Assembly: GCA_965207355.1 (NCBI GenBank)
Contig: OZ242284.1
Coordinates: 2,339,708-2,403,707, forward strand
Length of the DNA stretch: 64,000 bases
Direction: 5' to 3'
Source of the DNA: Dehalococcoidia bacterium
GTDB lineage: Bacteria; Chloroflexota; Dehalococcoidia; Lucifugimonadales; UBA1123
Below, piece by piece: positions 1 through 9,500 of this stretch (position 1 is the stretch's first letter; the number at the start of each line of letters is the position of its first letter). The notes below the pieces were generated by a model, which was not told where the DNA came from, did no database searches, and worked only from the letters and a program-made list of their open reading frames with translations. The position numbers and the translations under genes were made by a program.

Positions 1-882
1 ATTGGCCTGAGTCTCGTCGTGTTCTCAGCGGTCCACATGACCGGCGACCCGGCGAGGATGCTGCTGCCGGTGAGGATTGACGCCTCGGAAGAGGTGTACG
101 AGGAGCTCAAGGAGCAGCTTGGCCTCAACAGACCGTTCATGGTGCAGTACCTGGACTTCATGAGGGGCCTGATAACGAAGGGGGACTTCGGCAGGTCGGT
201 GCGAAGCCAGAAGGAGGCGAGGCACCTGCTGATGGAGCGAGTTCCAGCCACCATCCAGCTTGCCGCCGCCGGACTGTTCTTATCGTTCGTAATCGGCGTG
301 CCTGCGGGGATATTGTCGGCGGTCAAACGGGATACGCTAGCGGACAAGATAGGCAAGGCGATTGCCATATTCGGCCTCGCCGCGCCGCAATTCTGGGTGG
401 CTATCATGGTGGTCATCCTGTTCGGGGCATATCTACAGTGGCTGCCCGTTTACGGATCGGGCGGGCCCGATCACTTCATTCTTCCCGCGTGTGTGCTCGC
501 GCTGGGGCCGCTTGCCGCGATGATGCGGCTCGGACGCTCGAGCATGTTGGACATACTGGACAGCGAGTTCGTGAAGTTCGCGCGGGTGAAGGGAATGCGC
601 GAGCGTATCGTGATCTGGAAACACGCGGCCAGGAACGCGGTCATTCCACTCATGACGTTCGGCGGTTTGACGCTGGCGGCTTTGCTCAACGGCTCGATAG
701 TGGTTGAGCAAGTGTTCGCGTGGCCCGGCCTCGGCAGGATGATGATCGAGGGGGTCATTCAGCGAGATATGCCGCTTGTGCAGGCGACAGTGCTGGTCTC
801 CGGTTTCTTCTACGTGGTGACCGCGCTGATAGTGGACATAATGTATGGCTTTGCGGACCCTAGGATCAGGGATACGAACTAG
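1..882 (+). CDS. ABC transporter permease, Dpp/Opp (peptide/nickel) type; 5' end cut by window edge
   Basis: The frame of ORF 19..882 stays open back to nt 1. The protein is polytopic and hydrophobic. It is first in a permease-permease-ATPase-ATPase run typical of Dpp/Opp importers. Confidence 0.85.
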   Translation: MGLSLVVFSAVHMTGDPARMLLPVRIDASEEVYEELKEQLGLNRPFMVQYLDFMRGLITKGDFGRSVRSQKEARHLLMERVPATIQLAAAGLFLSFVIGVPAGILSAVKRDTLADKIGKAIAIFGLAAPQFWVAIMVVILFGAYLQWLPVYGSGGPDHFILPACVLALGPLAAMMRLGRSSMLDILDSEFVKFARVKGMRERIVIWKHAARNAVIPLMTFGGLTLAALLNGSIVVEQVFAWPGLGRMMIEGVIQRDMPLVQATVLVSGFFYVVTALIVDIMYGFADPRIRDTN

Positions 883-903
883 GGCGTTTGGGGCAGATTC
901 ACC

Positions 904-1782
904 ATGTCAACGTTCACACAGGAAAACGCCCTGGCGGAAGAGTCCGTCGGATTCATGGACCGTCTCAGGGAGCTCAGGCTTCCCTGGATACCTGTGATCG
1001 TCATAACCGTACTGGTGATTCTCGCGGCATTCGCACCATTGCTCTCGCCGCATGATCCGAGGGACCAGAATCTGCGGGATGCCAGAACGCCGCCATTCCA
1101 GACCTGGGACTACCCACTCGGCACTGACTTCGTGGGCAAGGACATCCTCAGCCGACTGATATATGGCGCGCGCACCTCCGCTTTCATCAGTATGTTCGCG
1201 CTGGGCGCGGGCGTCGTCGTAGGAACGGTGCTGGGGCTAATCTCAGGCTACGCGGGCAGGTGGGTGGACACTATCATCATGCGTATAGCAGACGCGACGA
1301 TGGGCTTTCCGTCCATTCTGCTGGCGATGATAATCGTGGCTATTCTTGGCACGGGACTCATGCCCATCGTGGTCGCGGTTGCGGTGTCCACATGGCCGCG
1401 AATCGCGCGGATGATAAGGGGGGAAGTGCTTTCGGTCAAAGACGCCGACTTCGTGATACTTGCCAGGATCGCGGGTGTCTCCCCGGCTGTCATCATCTGG
1501 AGGCACGTGTTCCCGAACGTGCTGAATACGCTGATGGTGATAACGAGCCTGTCTGTAGCGGGGGTGATCCTCACTGAGGCGTCGCTGAGCTTCCTGGGAC
1601 TAGGCCTGCCGCCGGGCGACCCGGCATGGGGCATCATGGTCTCTGAGGGCAGGCAGAGCCTGTTGCGTATGTGGTGGATCTCGCTGTTCCCAGGGGTGGT
1701 CATCACAGTAGTGGTCATGGCGTTCAACTTCTTCGGGGACTGGCTGCGGGATACGCTCGATCCGAAGCTGCGGAGGGTTTAG
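904..1782 (+). CDS. ABC transporter permease, DppC/OppC type
   Basis: 292-aa polytopic protein starting 21 nt after the first permease. It has an N-terminal TM helix and then a permease core (ADATMGFPSILLAMIIV...). Confidence 0.85.
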   Translation: MSTFTQENALAEESVGFMDRLRELRLPWIPVIVITVLVILAAFAPLLSPHDPRDQNLRDARTPPFQTWDYPLGTDFVGKDILSRLIYGARTSAFISMFALGAGVVVGTVLGLISGYAGRWVDTIIMRIADATMGFPSILLAMIIVAILGTGLMPIVVAVAVSTWPRIARMIRGEVLSVKDADFVILARIAGVSPAVIIWRHVFPNVLNTLMVITSLSVAGVILTEASLSFLGLGLPPGDPAWGIMVSEGRQSLLRMWWISLFPGVVITVVVMAFNFFGDWLRDTLDPKLRRV

Positions 1783-1786
1783 CGCA

Positions 1787-2785
1787 TTGAATAACGGCAA
1801 CAATGATGCGGTTCTGCAAGTAGAGGATCTTCGGACGCACTTCTTTACGCGCACGGGCGTGGTGAAGGCTGTGGACGGCGTTTCTTTCGACCTGAAAGCT
1901 GGGGAAACGCTTGGGATCGTGGGCGAGTCCGGGTCGGGCAAGAGCATGACGGCTTTGTCCATCATGCGGCTGGTGCCGGAGCCCGGGGGCCGAATAGTGA
2001 GCGGAAGCATCATGTTCGACGGCCAGGACCTGGTAGAGGTCAGCGACGGCGATATGTCGGACATCCGCGGTCGGGACATCTGCATGATCCTGCAGGACCC
2101 GATGACCTCTCTTAATCCGGTGCTGTCGGTGGGCGACCAGCTTACGGAGACATTCCGCCCGGACGCGGCCGGGCCAAGTCGAGCAGTGTGGGACCGCGCC
2201 GTTCAGCTACTCCAGATGGTAAGGATACCCGCGGCGGAGATACGGATGCGGGCGTTCCCGCACCAGATGAGCGGCGGTATGAGACAGCGGGTTGTGGGCG
2301 CTATTGCAATTTCGCGCTCTCCGAAGGTGCTTATAGCGGATGAACCTACGACGTCTCTGGACGCGACGATTCAACTCCAGTACCTGAGACTGCTGAAGGA
2401 CATCCAGGCGGAGACGGGCGCGGCTATCATATTCATCACGCACGACTTTGGGATCGTGGCGAGGATGTGCGACCGCGTGGCGGTGATGTACGCGGGCAAG
2501 ATAGTGGAGATAGCGGATGTGGAGGACCTGTTCTACAAGCCCCAGCATCCGTACACTCAGGCGCTGCTGGGGTCGGTCCCGGACCTGGAAGAAGATGTGG
2601 AGTGGCTGACCTCGATAGACGGACAGCCACCCCAGTTGGACAATATGCCCGTTGGATGCAGTTTCCAGCCTCGCTGCATCCACGCATTCGACAGATGTCG
2701 AGAAGAGTATCCACCTGAGTACGTGATCGGAAGCAAGCACATAGCGCGATGCTGGAGACTCGATGACGACCACGATACAGCCTAA
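1787..2785 (+). CDS. ABC transporter ATP-binding protein, DppD/OppD type
   Basis: Walker A GESGSGKS, ABC signature MSGGMRQR, Walker B LIADEPTTSLD, and a C-terminal oligopeptide-type extension (HPYTQALL). Confidence 0.9.
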   Translation: MNNGNNDAVLQVEDLRTHFFTRTGVVKAVDGVSFDLKAGETLGIVGESGSGKSMTALSIMRLVPEPGGRIVSGSIMFDGQDLVEVSDGDMSDIRGRDICMILQDPMTSLNPVLSVGDQLTETFRPDAAGPSRAVWDRAVQLLQMVRIPAAEIRMRAFPHQMSGGMRQRVVGAIAISRSPKVLIADEPTTSLDATIQLQYLRLLKDIQAETGAAIIFITHDFGIVARMCDRVAVMYAGKIVEIADVEDLFYKPQHPYTQALLGSVPDLEEDVEWLTSIDGQPPQLDNMPVGCSFQPRCIHAFDRCREEYPPEYVIGSKHIARCWRLDDDHDTA

Positions 2786-3764
2786 CGCGGTAAACGGCGC
2801 TGAACCCCTGATAGCGGCCCAGGATGTGAAGAAGCACTTCCGGGTCACCAGCGGCTTTGTGTTTCGCAAGACCGTCGGGCAGGTCAGGGCCGTGGACGGA
2901 GTATCGTTCAGCATACCTGAGGGGCAGACTTACAGCCTGGTCGGGGAATCGGGCTGTGGCAAGACGACGACGGCCAAGCTGGTGCTTCTGGTGGAGCAGC
3001 TTACGTCAGGTCGGCTCACCTTCCAGGGGCAGGATATAAACGAGTTTACGCCTGAGCAGCTAAACGAATACCGGGAGTCGGTTCAGGCGGTGTTCCAGGA
3101 CCCGTGGAGTTCGCTGAATCCGCGGCTGAAAGTGGAGTCCATCATCGCGGAGCCGATTACGGCGCACCGCAGTCCGACGAAGGGGGAACTGAGGGAGCAG
3201 ATACTCTCGCTGCTGGAGGAGGTCGGTCTTCATCCCAGTCACGCGCACCGCTACCCGCACGAGTTCAGTGGTGGCCAAAGACAGCGCATCGCTATTGCCA
3301 GGGCGCTGGCGCTGCGTCCGAAGTTGATAGTGCTGGATGAGCCGGTGTCGGCGCTGGATGTGTCCATACGAGCACAGATAATGAACCTGCTGAAACAACT
3401 CCAGATTGACCATAATCTGAGCTATCTTCTCATAGCGCACCAGCTCGCCACGGTGCGGTACATGAGCCATAGGGTAGGGGTGATGTACCTGGGCAAGATG
3501 GTGGAGGAAGCCGAATCTTCCGAATTGTTCAACAATCCGCATCATCCCTACACGCGGGCGCTCATCTCGGCGTCTCTGTCCTCTCGCCCCGGCGTTGACA
3601 GGGAGGAGATAGTGCTAAGCGGCGAGGTGCCGTCGCCTATCAACCCGCCGCCGGGATGCACGTTCCACCCTCGTTGTCCCTCGGTATTCGAGCCGTGCTC
3701 CGATGACATCCCTGAGATGCAGGAAGTGGCGCCCGGTCATTTGGTCTCATGCCATCTGTACTAG
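2763..3764 (+). CDS. ABC transporter ATP-binding protein, DppF/OppF type
   Basis: Walker A GESGCGKTT, signature FSGGQRQRIAIARAL, Walker B LDEPVSALD, and HPYTRALI. It overlaps the previous ATPase gene by 23 nt. Confidence 0.9.
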   Translation: MTTTIQPNAVNGAEPLIAAQDVKKHFRVTSGFVFRKTVGQVRAVDGVSFSIPEGQTYSLVGESGCGKTTTAKLVLLVEQLTSGRLTFQGQDINEFTPEQLNEYRESVQAVFQDPWSSLNPRLKVESIIAEPITAHRSPTKGELREQILSLLEEVGLHPSHAHRYPHEFSGGQRQRIAIARALALRPKLIVLDEPVSALDVSIRAQIMNLLKQLQIDHNLSYLLIAHQLATVRYMSHRVGVMYLGKMVEEAESSELFNNPHHPYTRALISASLSSRPGVDREEIVLSGEVPSPINPPPGCTFHPRCPSVFEPCSDDIPEMQEVAPGHLVSCHLY

Positions 3765-3806
3765 GGAACGCATCAACCTCCCTTGCCCGCCTATTGATTT
3801 GCAATT

Positions 3807-3847
3807 TCACCCCCGTCTTAACCTTCCTCGTCCACGGGGGAAGGGAC
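3807..3847 (-). repeat. Hairpin repeat family H1, GGGGGAAGG variant, reverse orientation
   Basis: TCACCCCCGTCTTAACCTTCCTCGTCCACGGGGGAAGGGAC closely matches the reverse complement of the copy at 39275..39315. Intergenic, downstream of the ABC operon. Confidence 0.7.
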
Positions 3848-4021
3848 TTTGCGCGAGGCAGTCGCGTCTAATTCCCGAATACACTATGGCACAAAGGTTC
3901 TGCTATGTGCTACCATCTATTCATGTTCAACGGACGTAGTGGACGAGCGGTAAGCGACAGAACCATAAATGTGCGTATATGTCAGACGACCGGCCACACC
4001 AGAAATGCCCATGATCGGTTA

Positions 4022-4116
4022 AAACTGGCCTAAACTGGTTGAAGCAGACCAGTTTCAACCAGTTTCTCCAAAAATACTGGTATCAGTTTTCGACCAGTTT
4101 CGACCTAAACTGGTCG
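4022..4116. promoter_or_regulatory. Array of ACCAGTTT/AAACTGGT octamers (putative operator cluster or structured leader)
   Basis: Full copies: AAACTGG 4022-4028, AAACTGGT 4032-4039, ACCAGTTT 4048-4055, 4058-4065 and 4093-4100, AAACTGGT 4107-4114. Partial copies at 4076-4081 and 4084-4089. CGACCAGTTT-N6-AAACTGGTCG (4091-4116) is a perfect 10-bp inverted repeat. The array ends about 50 nt before ATG 4165. Confidence 0.5.
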
Positions 4117-4164
4117 CCAGCTTCAGGGATCTGGTGCCCTGTTAGCACATATAAAAAGGGACTT

Positions 4165-6258
4165 ATGAAATCGTCTCCTAGTCTGGCGCCTCTTGCCCTT
4201 TTTCTCTTTGTCTGCCTCATGTTTGTATCAGTGGCGGGGTGCGCGGATGAGGGGCGGAAGTCGGAGTTGGGAGACGGAATAGTGCCGTTTACCAACATTG
4301 CGCCGGACGCTCTTGGGAAGAATGCGTTCACCATCAATCGATACCCCGGTGTCGCTATCTTCGACTATGACCGCGATGGGGATATGGATTTCTACGTTAC
4401 GCAGGAGGAGGGCGGACCGAATTTCCTGTTCAGGAACGAGGGAGACTCGGATTTCAGCGAGGTGTCGGAGGAGTCAGGCGCGGCGGCGGTCATTAGCAAC
4501 AGTACGGGTGTAGCGGCATGCGATTTCGACAATGACGGGTACCAAGACCTGTACGTAGGCGCTCATGGGCGCAAGGGGGACGGGCTGGACTACCGGTCGG
4601 CTGACGAGAGCGACGGTCTTAGGGAGGCTATATCGGACCGACTGTTCCTGAACAATGGCGACGGGACGTTCGAGGATGTAACTCTGTCGGCGTTCGGCGA
4701 CGCGGTGAACCTGAGGTCGGCGATGAGCGTCGCTTGTGCGGATGTTGACAGGGACGGCTGGCTGGACATTTACGTGGCCAACAGGGCGGACTTCGACTTC
4801 GTGCGGTTCACTGTTCCGCAGCACCACGGCCATTACAACGTGCTGTACCGCAACAATGGCGACCTTACGTTCAGCGATGTCAGTGAAGAGGCGGGAGTGC
4901 GTGGTGGGCAGATAACGATGCGCGCACCGGACGGCCTGCCTATCGAGTTCTACGACCCGGAGACGGGAGAGTTCATCGAGGGGTATGATCCGCGTCTCAG
5001 CGACCGGTTTCGGAACAGGGTGGGGGATCCGACAGGGCAGTCGTGGGCGACGCTGTTATTCGACCATGACGACGACGGCGACCCCGACCTGTGGGTGGCG
5101 CACGACGGGGATCACCTGGAGGTCTATCGGAACGATACGGTGGGGAACGACATCTCGTTTACACCCATCGCGTCGGAGATGGGTGTTGACGTTACTGGGC
5201 AATGGATGGGGTTCGCGCTGGGGGACTATGACTCGGACGAGGACCTTGATGTGTTCGTAACGAATATCGGGTATCACCCGCTCATGCGGCGTCCGGTTCC
5301 ATTTCCTGGGGCGGACTGTGCCTATACGCACCAGTTCGAGTGGGGAACGTGTCTCCATTTCCTGCTGCGGAACGATGGAGTGGTGGAGGCTTCGGACGGG
5401 GGGATATTGCCGCAGTTTGCGGAGGTAACGGCTGAGACGGGGGTGAAGGCGAGCGGGGTAATGCCTCCACAGTCGCTCGACCCGGCCAACATTTACCCGG
5501 GCTGGGAGCCTCCGAGTGGGCTGGCGGCCTACGATTTCGGGTTTGGGACGGCGTTCTTCGACTATGAGAACGACGGAGACCAGGACCTATACTGGCTTGG
5601 CTCGCTCGTATCGCGTGGAGAGGGTCCGGGAGGACTGCTGTATCCGGGCGCGGGTCGCATGATGCGTAGTGACGGCGCAGGCAGATTCGAGGACATCACG
5701 GTGGAGTCGAGGCTGCTGGATATCCAGGACGTGGACTACTCGGTTCTCGACACAAGTTCGCCGGAGTTCGATGCGCGGGCGCAACGCATCGGGCCGGAGT
5801 TCCATGAGAATGGGAAGGGCTTGGCGAAGGGCGATCTGAACGGGGACGGCTTCGTGGATCTGATTGCCACGAACAGCAGCGGCGATCTGCGAGTGGACGG
5901 CGGAGTGAGATTCGTCAAGGGGCCGTTGTTCGTGTGGATGAACGATGGCGGAGGCGGGAACTGGCTGACGATACGGTTGAAGGGCGGGATGGCGATACGA
6001 GGACATGGCAGCAATGCGGACGGGATAGGAGCGCGGGTCTATCTGACTGCGGAGACAGTGAAGGACTCAGTATCTACGCAGGTCCAGGAGTTGCTGGGCA
6101 GTTCGACGTTCTTGTCTATGAACAGTCTTGACCTGACTTTCGGGTTGGGAGAGGCGGATCGAGCGGATGAGATCGTGATCCGGTGGCCGAGCGGGGTGGT
6201 GCAGACGCTGGAGGATGTTAGAGCGAACCGGGTTATCGTGGTCGAAGAGCCCGTATAG
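4165..6258 (+). CDS. CRTAC1-family FG-GAP/VCBS-repeat lipoprotein with ASPIC/UnbV C-terminal domain
   Basis: The internal ATG at 4165 begins a lipoprotein signal (MKSSPSLAPLALFLFVCLMFVSVAGC). Repeated D.D.DG..D calcium-binding FG-GAP motifs are present (FDYDRDGDMDFYV, CDFDNDGYQDLYV, ADVDRDGWLDIYV, FDHDDDGDPDLWV, GDLNGDGFVDLI). The C-terminus NWLTIRLKG...SNADGIGARVYL...IRWPSG is typical of UnbV/ASPIC. Confidence 0.75.
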   Translation: MKSSPSLAPLALFLFVCLMFVSVAGCADEGRKSELGDGIVPFTNIAPDALGKNAFTINRYPGVAIFDYDRDGDMDFYVTQEEGGPNFLFRNEGDSDFSEVSEESGAAAVISNSTGVAACDFDNDGYQDLYVGAHGRKGDGLDYRSADESDGLREAISDRLFLNNGDGTFEDVTLSAFGDAVNLRSAMSVACADVDRDGWLDIYVANRADFDFVRFTVPQHHGHYNVLYRNNGDLTFSDVSEEAGVRGGQITMRAPDGLPIEFYDPETGEFIEGYDPRLSDRFRNRVGDPTGQSWATLLFDHDDDGDPDLWVAHDGDHLEVYRNDTVGNDISFTPIASEMGVDVTGQWMGFALGDYDSDEDLDVFVTNIGYHPLMRRPVPFPGADCAYTHQFEWGTCLHFLLRNDGVVEASDGGILPQFAEVTAETGVKASGVMPPQSLDPANIYPGWEPPSGLAAYDFGFGTAFFDYENDGDQDLYWLGSLVSRGEGPGGLLYPGAGRMMRSDGAGRFEDITVESRLLDIQDVDYSVLDTSSPEFDARAQRIGPEFHENGKGLAKGDLNGDGFVDLIATNSSGDLRVDGGVRFVKGPLFVWMNDGGGGNWLTIRLKGGMAIRGHGSNADGIGARVYLTAETVKDSVSTQVQELLGSSTFLSMNSLDLTFGLGEADRADEIVIRWPSGVVQTLEDVRANRVIVVEEPV

Positions 6259-6259
6259 A

Positions 6260-7879
6260 TCACGAAGATTGCCGGGAGTTTGAGTAACGTCGGTATCCCC
6301 CAAAGTACACTACGAGAATCGTGAGCGCTACTCCCGCTACGATTCCCGCGACTATGGCCCAGATCGTATCTGAGCCCAAGCTTGGCAGCCCAGCCGACTG
6401 CGTTTCGTTTTCCACGGATTCGGGCATGATCTGGAGGGTCTTGAGGAATTCGACGACGGCTGCTTGATCTGCGGATGATAGGGCGACGAAGGCGTCGCGG
6501 CTGGTTTGGGCCTCTCCGCCGTGCGCGAGTATGGCCTCGGAAATGAGGGTGGCGCGGCCATGATGCAGGTAGGGTGGCTCGTTGGCGAAGCCCCAGAGCT
6601 TGCGGGTGAGCCACTGGTCGGTGGGCACCATCTCCTCTTCGCGGGTCTCGTTGTTCAGGATGTCGCCCATGCTGTGGCGCTTGAGGTCAGTGAATACCGG
6701 CACCATGATTGTGTCGTCGGGGCCACTTCGCAGTCCGGTCGCTTCGCCGCCGTCGGGTAGAGGGACTGAGTACGCATTGGCGACCTCGAAGACCTGGAGC
6801 TTGCCCGCAGGATTGAAGGGGTTGGGCTCGGTGAAGACGGGGTTGTTAAGGGGGAGTTCGGGGATGTGGCAGGTGGAACATTCCAGTGCGGAGAATAGCG
6901 CCTCGCCTCTCTGAGCGGCGGCGCGCGCTTCGGGATGGTCGGGCATTACGCGGCCTGGCGGAGGCAGCATAGCCTGGAATATGACGAGCGCGCTTATGTC
7001 GCCCCTGGTTAGCTCGTCGGCCATGCCGTCGGCGTCGTGGTCAACGGCGTCCCCGAACCGCTCGGATGCCTGCATACCGAAGTGCTGGTTCATGGCCTTG
7101 ACCGCGAACTCTCGCAGGGAGACGATGGTTCCCTTCTGCATGAATGGCCTTATCACGAGGTCGGGGTCAACTCCCTCGACTCGGCTCGTGTCCAGAGAGC
7201 CGTCGGGCGAGGCAGTGATGGTTCCGAATTCGACGCCCTTGGCGGTGAGAGGCAGGGATACGGTGGCGTCGGAATCCCGCGCCTGCTTTCTGGCCTCGTC
7301 GCGTATGGCGTGCATGTCCTCGGTCATCTCACGTGCGAGAAGCTCGATGTAGCCGGAGCCGAACAGTCCGAGCGAAGTTCTCTCGTTGCCGACAGTTCTC
7401 AGCGTGTGCGCCTGGAAGTCGTCGCCTTCGCCCCCGTCGAAGTTCACGAAGTGGAAGCCGTCCGCGAGCACGAACACGTTGGTGGCGTTGTCGCCGCCTC
7501 CGCCGAGACGCGGGACGCCGTGGCAGCTGGAGCAGGCGTTGGCGTCGGGGCCGGAGATGCGGTTGAAGTTGTCAGGGAAGGTCCGGGCCGGACGGAAGTT
7601 GTCGGGAGATACATCGGTGGTTTCGGGTCGTCCCGCGCCGTCCAGCGTGTTGAAGGACGTGGTGAACAGGCGCTCTCCACGCTCGACTATCTGATCGAGT
7701 GTCAGGCTGCCGCTCTCTATGTCGTCCTGGCTGGTGTGGCCGTCCAGGGTGGCGGTGTCGCCGATTCGAGGCGCTGACGAGGGTTCGGCGGTCGTGTTAT
7801 GGCAGGCCGCGAGCGTCGCCCAGGCGAGGATGGCCAGGATGAAGGCGAAGCTCTTTCTGGTCGCGCTCAACGGGTTCAT
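6260..7879 (-). CDS. Di-haem cytochrome c family protein (DUF1111 / thiol oxidoreductase-like), exported, with C-terminal membrane anchor
   Basis: Two CXXCH haem motifs (CSSCH, CSTCH), an N-terminal signal with lipobox-like LAAC, and a C-terminal hydrophobic helix followed by RRYSNSR. Confidence 0.7.
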   Translation of the reverse strand: MNPLSATRKSFAFILAILAWATLAACHNTTAEPSSAPRIGDTATLDGHTSQDDIESGSLTLDQIVERGERLFTTSFNTLDGAGRPETTDVSPDNFRPARTFPDNFNRISGPDANACSSCHGVPRLGGGGDNATNVFVLADGFHFVNFDGGEGDDFQAHTLRTVGNERTSLGLFGSGYIELLAREMTEDMHAIRDEARKQARDSDATVSLPLTAKGVEFGTITASPDGSLDTSRVEGVDPDLVIRPFMQKGTIVSLREFAVKAMNQHFGMQASERFGDAVDHDADGMADELTRGDISALVIFQAMLPPPGRVMPDHPEARAAAQRGEALFSALECSTCHIPELPLNNPVFTEPNPFNPAGKLQVFEVANAYSVPLPDGGEATGLRSGPDDTIMVPVFTDLKRHSMGDILNNETREEEMVPTDQWLTRKLWGFANEPPYLHHGRATLISEAILAHGGEAQTSRDAFVALSSADQAAVVEFLKTLQIMPESVENETQSAGLPSLGSDTIWAIVAGIVAGVALTILVVYFGGYRRYSNSRQSS

Positions 7880-7927
7880 CGTCGATTCTCAACGGCTATC
7901 TTATCCAGTCAGCGTCGGACAGGATCC

Positions 7928-8221
7928 CTACCTCCATGAGATGTCACGCCGAGACCTGCGTCTTTGGTACGACTTCAGGGTTCTCCACAGCGAGGAGACG
8001 ATGAGCACCGCTAGCAGTCCGGCGCAGGCCCCGATAGGAACGAACAGAACGCTCAGTCCGAGCACGAACTGGAACACTGCCGGATCGAACGTCTGAACCG
8101 GCGGGCCATCCCTGATTTCCGAGACGTACCTGAGGTGGTCAAGACGATCTATGTAAACGTAGATGAACGTCGCCAGTCCGCCGAGGATGGCGGCGGATGT
8201 GTACCAAATCTTCACATTCAA
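7928..8221 (-). CDS. Small membrane protein, unknown function
   Basis: 97-aa ORF with three hydrophobic segments. Its TTG start overlaps the stop of the upstream MFS gene (TTGA). No recognisable motif. Confidence 0.4.
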   Translation of the reverse strand: MNVKIWYTSAAILGGLATFIYVYIDRLDHLRYVSEIRDGPPVQTFDPAVFQFVLGLSVLFVPIGACAGLLAVLIVSSLWRTLKSYQRRRSRRDISWR

Positions 8222-9486
8222 TATGTAACGCCTCCACTATCGAGCGCTGTTTCGTTTCGATGCGGCCTGCGGGAAATCGTGTACAGCAACGCCGCTATCG
8301 CAAAGGCGGCGGCGAATGCGCCCAGGGCGGGAACGTAGGAATCCGTCCTGTCGAACATCCAACCCGCGTACAACGGAGCGAAAAGTGAACCCACCGCATC
8401 GAATGCACGCATGATACCAGTTATCGCGCCGTAGTTGCGTCTTCCGAAGTAATTGCCTATGGCTATCCACTGGAGCACGACCGCGCCTTCGTAAACTGCG
8501 AGAAGTACCACGAAGGGGTAGAGGCTGCGGACGCTGTCGGAGAATATGAGCAGGGCGCATCCGGCCACGCCTGCGAACATCCCCATGGCTATCAGCGGCT
8601 GGAAACTGAGGCGGTGTCCGGCCATGCCGAGCGAGAATCGGAAGGGTATGGACAGCAGGAAGAAGATCGCGACCAGCCCGGCGGCGAACTCCTCCTCGGC
8701 GCCCTGCCAGACCATTATTGGGATTATATGAATGGACAGGCCGGTCTCGGCGGAGATGCGGAGGGTGGAAGCGGCGAGAAGAATCCAGAAGACGCCGGTT
8801 TTTAATGCCTCGGACAGAGAGAAGTCGTAGGATGCGCCGGAGCCTGACGGAGTATCAGGCGCGGTTGGGGTGAATTGCTCGATCTTATCCACCTGGTCGG
8901 GCGGACTGCGGACGAGACGCGAGCAGAGCAGTCCAGAGGCCAGCACGAAGATGGCGGAGAATATCAGGGTGGAACGCCAGCCTATGGTGGCGACGCCCAG
9001 GCCGAGCGGATAGAGGAATATCGCGCCTCCGGCGGCTATGCCGGTGAGCAGTATGGTCAGGGCAATGGCTTTTCTTCGAACAAACCAGCCGTTGGCGGCG
9101 GCCATCAGCGTGGGGCCGAATCCGAAATGGGAAGGCACGGATACCAGCAGCACGTAGGCCAGGAGAAAGAGTATGTAGTTGTCTATGAGGGTTATGGCGA
9201 CGAGACCGACGGAGGCGACTATCGCTCCGATGATGATGAGCGGCCTGGGGCCTAAGCGGTCCACGAGCCATCCGTACAGGGGCGCGGCGAGGCTGGACTG
9301 GGCGCGGGAGAGGGTGAAAATGAGCGCCGTGTTTGCGCTGGACAGGTTCAGATCGCGCCTGATGGGATTGAAGAACACAGCCGCGCCGTGGTAGAGAATT
9401 CCACCGGACATGACGCCCAGCAGGGTGACGCCGAGCAGTACCCACCAGCCTGAGTAGATGGTTCGCAGCCTGTCTCGGATGCGCAT
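8218..9486 (-). CDS. MFS transporter
   Basis: 422-aa protein with about 12 hydrophobic helices and a central loop, the usual MFS architecture. Confidence 0.8.
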   Translation of the reverse strand: MRIRDRLRTIYSGWWVLLGVTLLGVMSGGILYHGAAVFFNPIRRDLNLSSANTALIFTLSRAQSSLAAPLYGWLVDRLGPRPLIIIGAIVASVGLVAITLIDNYILFLLAYVLLVSVPSHFGFGPTLMAAANGWFVRRKAIALTILLTGIAAGGAIFLYPLGLGVATIGWRSTLIFSAIFVLASGLLCSRLVRSPPDQVDKIEQFTPTAPDTPSGSGASYDFSLSEALKTGVFWILLAASTLRISAETGLSIHIIPIMVWQGAEEEFAAGLVAIFFLLSIPFRFSLGMAGHRLSFQPLIAMGMFAGVAGCALLIFSDSVRSLYPFVVLLAVYEGAVVLQWIAIGNYFGRRNYGAITGIMRAFDAVGSLFAPLYAGWMFDRTDSYVPALGAFAAAFAIAALLYTISRRPHRNETALDSGGVTY

Positions 9487-9500
9487 TTGGTTATCAGTAG

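Noticed and set aside
3925-3990. tRNA-like look of GGACGTAGTGGACGAGCGGTAAGCGACAGAACC
   Set aside because: I could not fold it into a cloverleaf. It has no acceptor-stem complementarity and no T-loop GTTCRANYC motif.
4039-4164. Upstream extension of the CRTAC1-like ORF (ORF-track start at 4039)
   Set aside because: The extension translates the octamer repeat array into an implausible peptide. ATG 4165 starts a canonical lipoprotein signal peptide.
6258-6260. Convergent CRTAC1-like and DUF1111 genes whose stops are 1 nt apart, considered as a possible fused or overlapping unit
   Set aside because: This is simple convergent packing with no shared frame or structure, which is not unusual in compact genomes.
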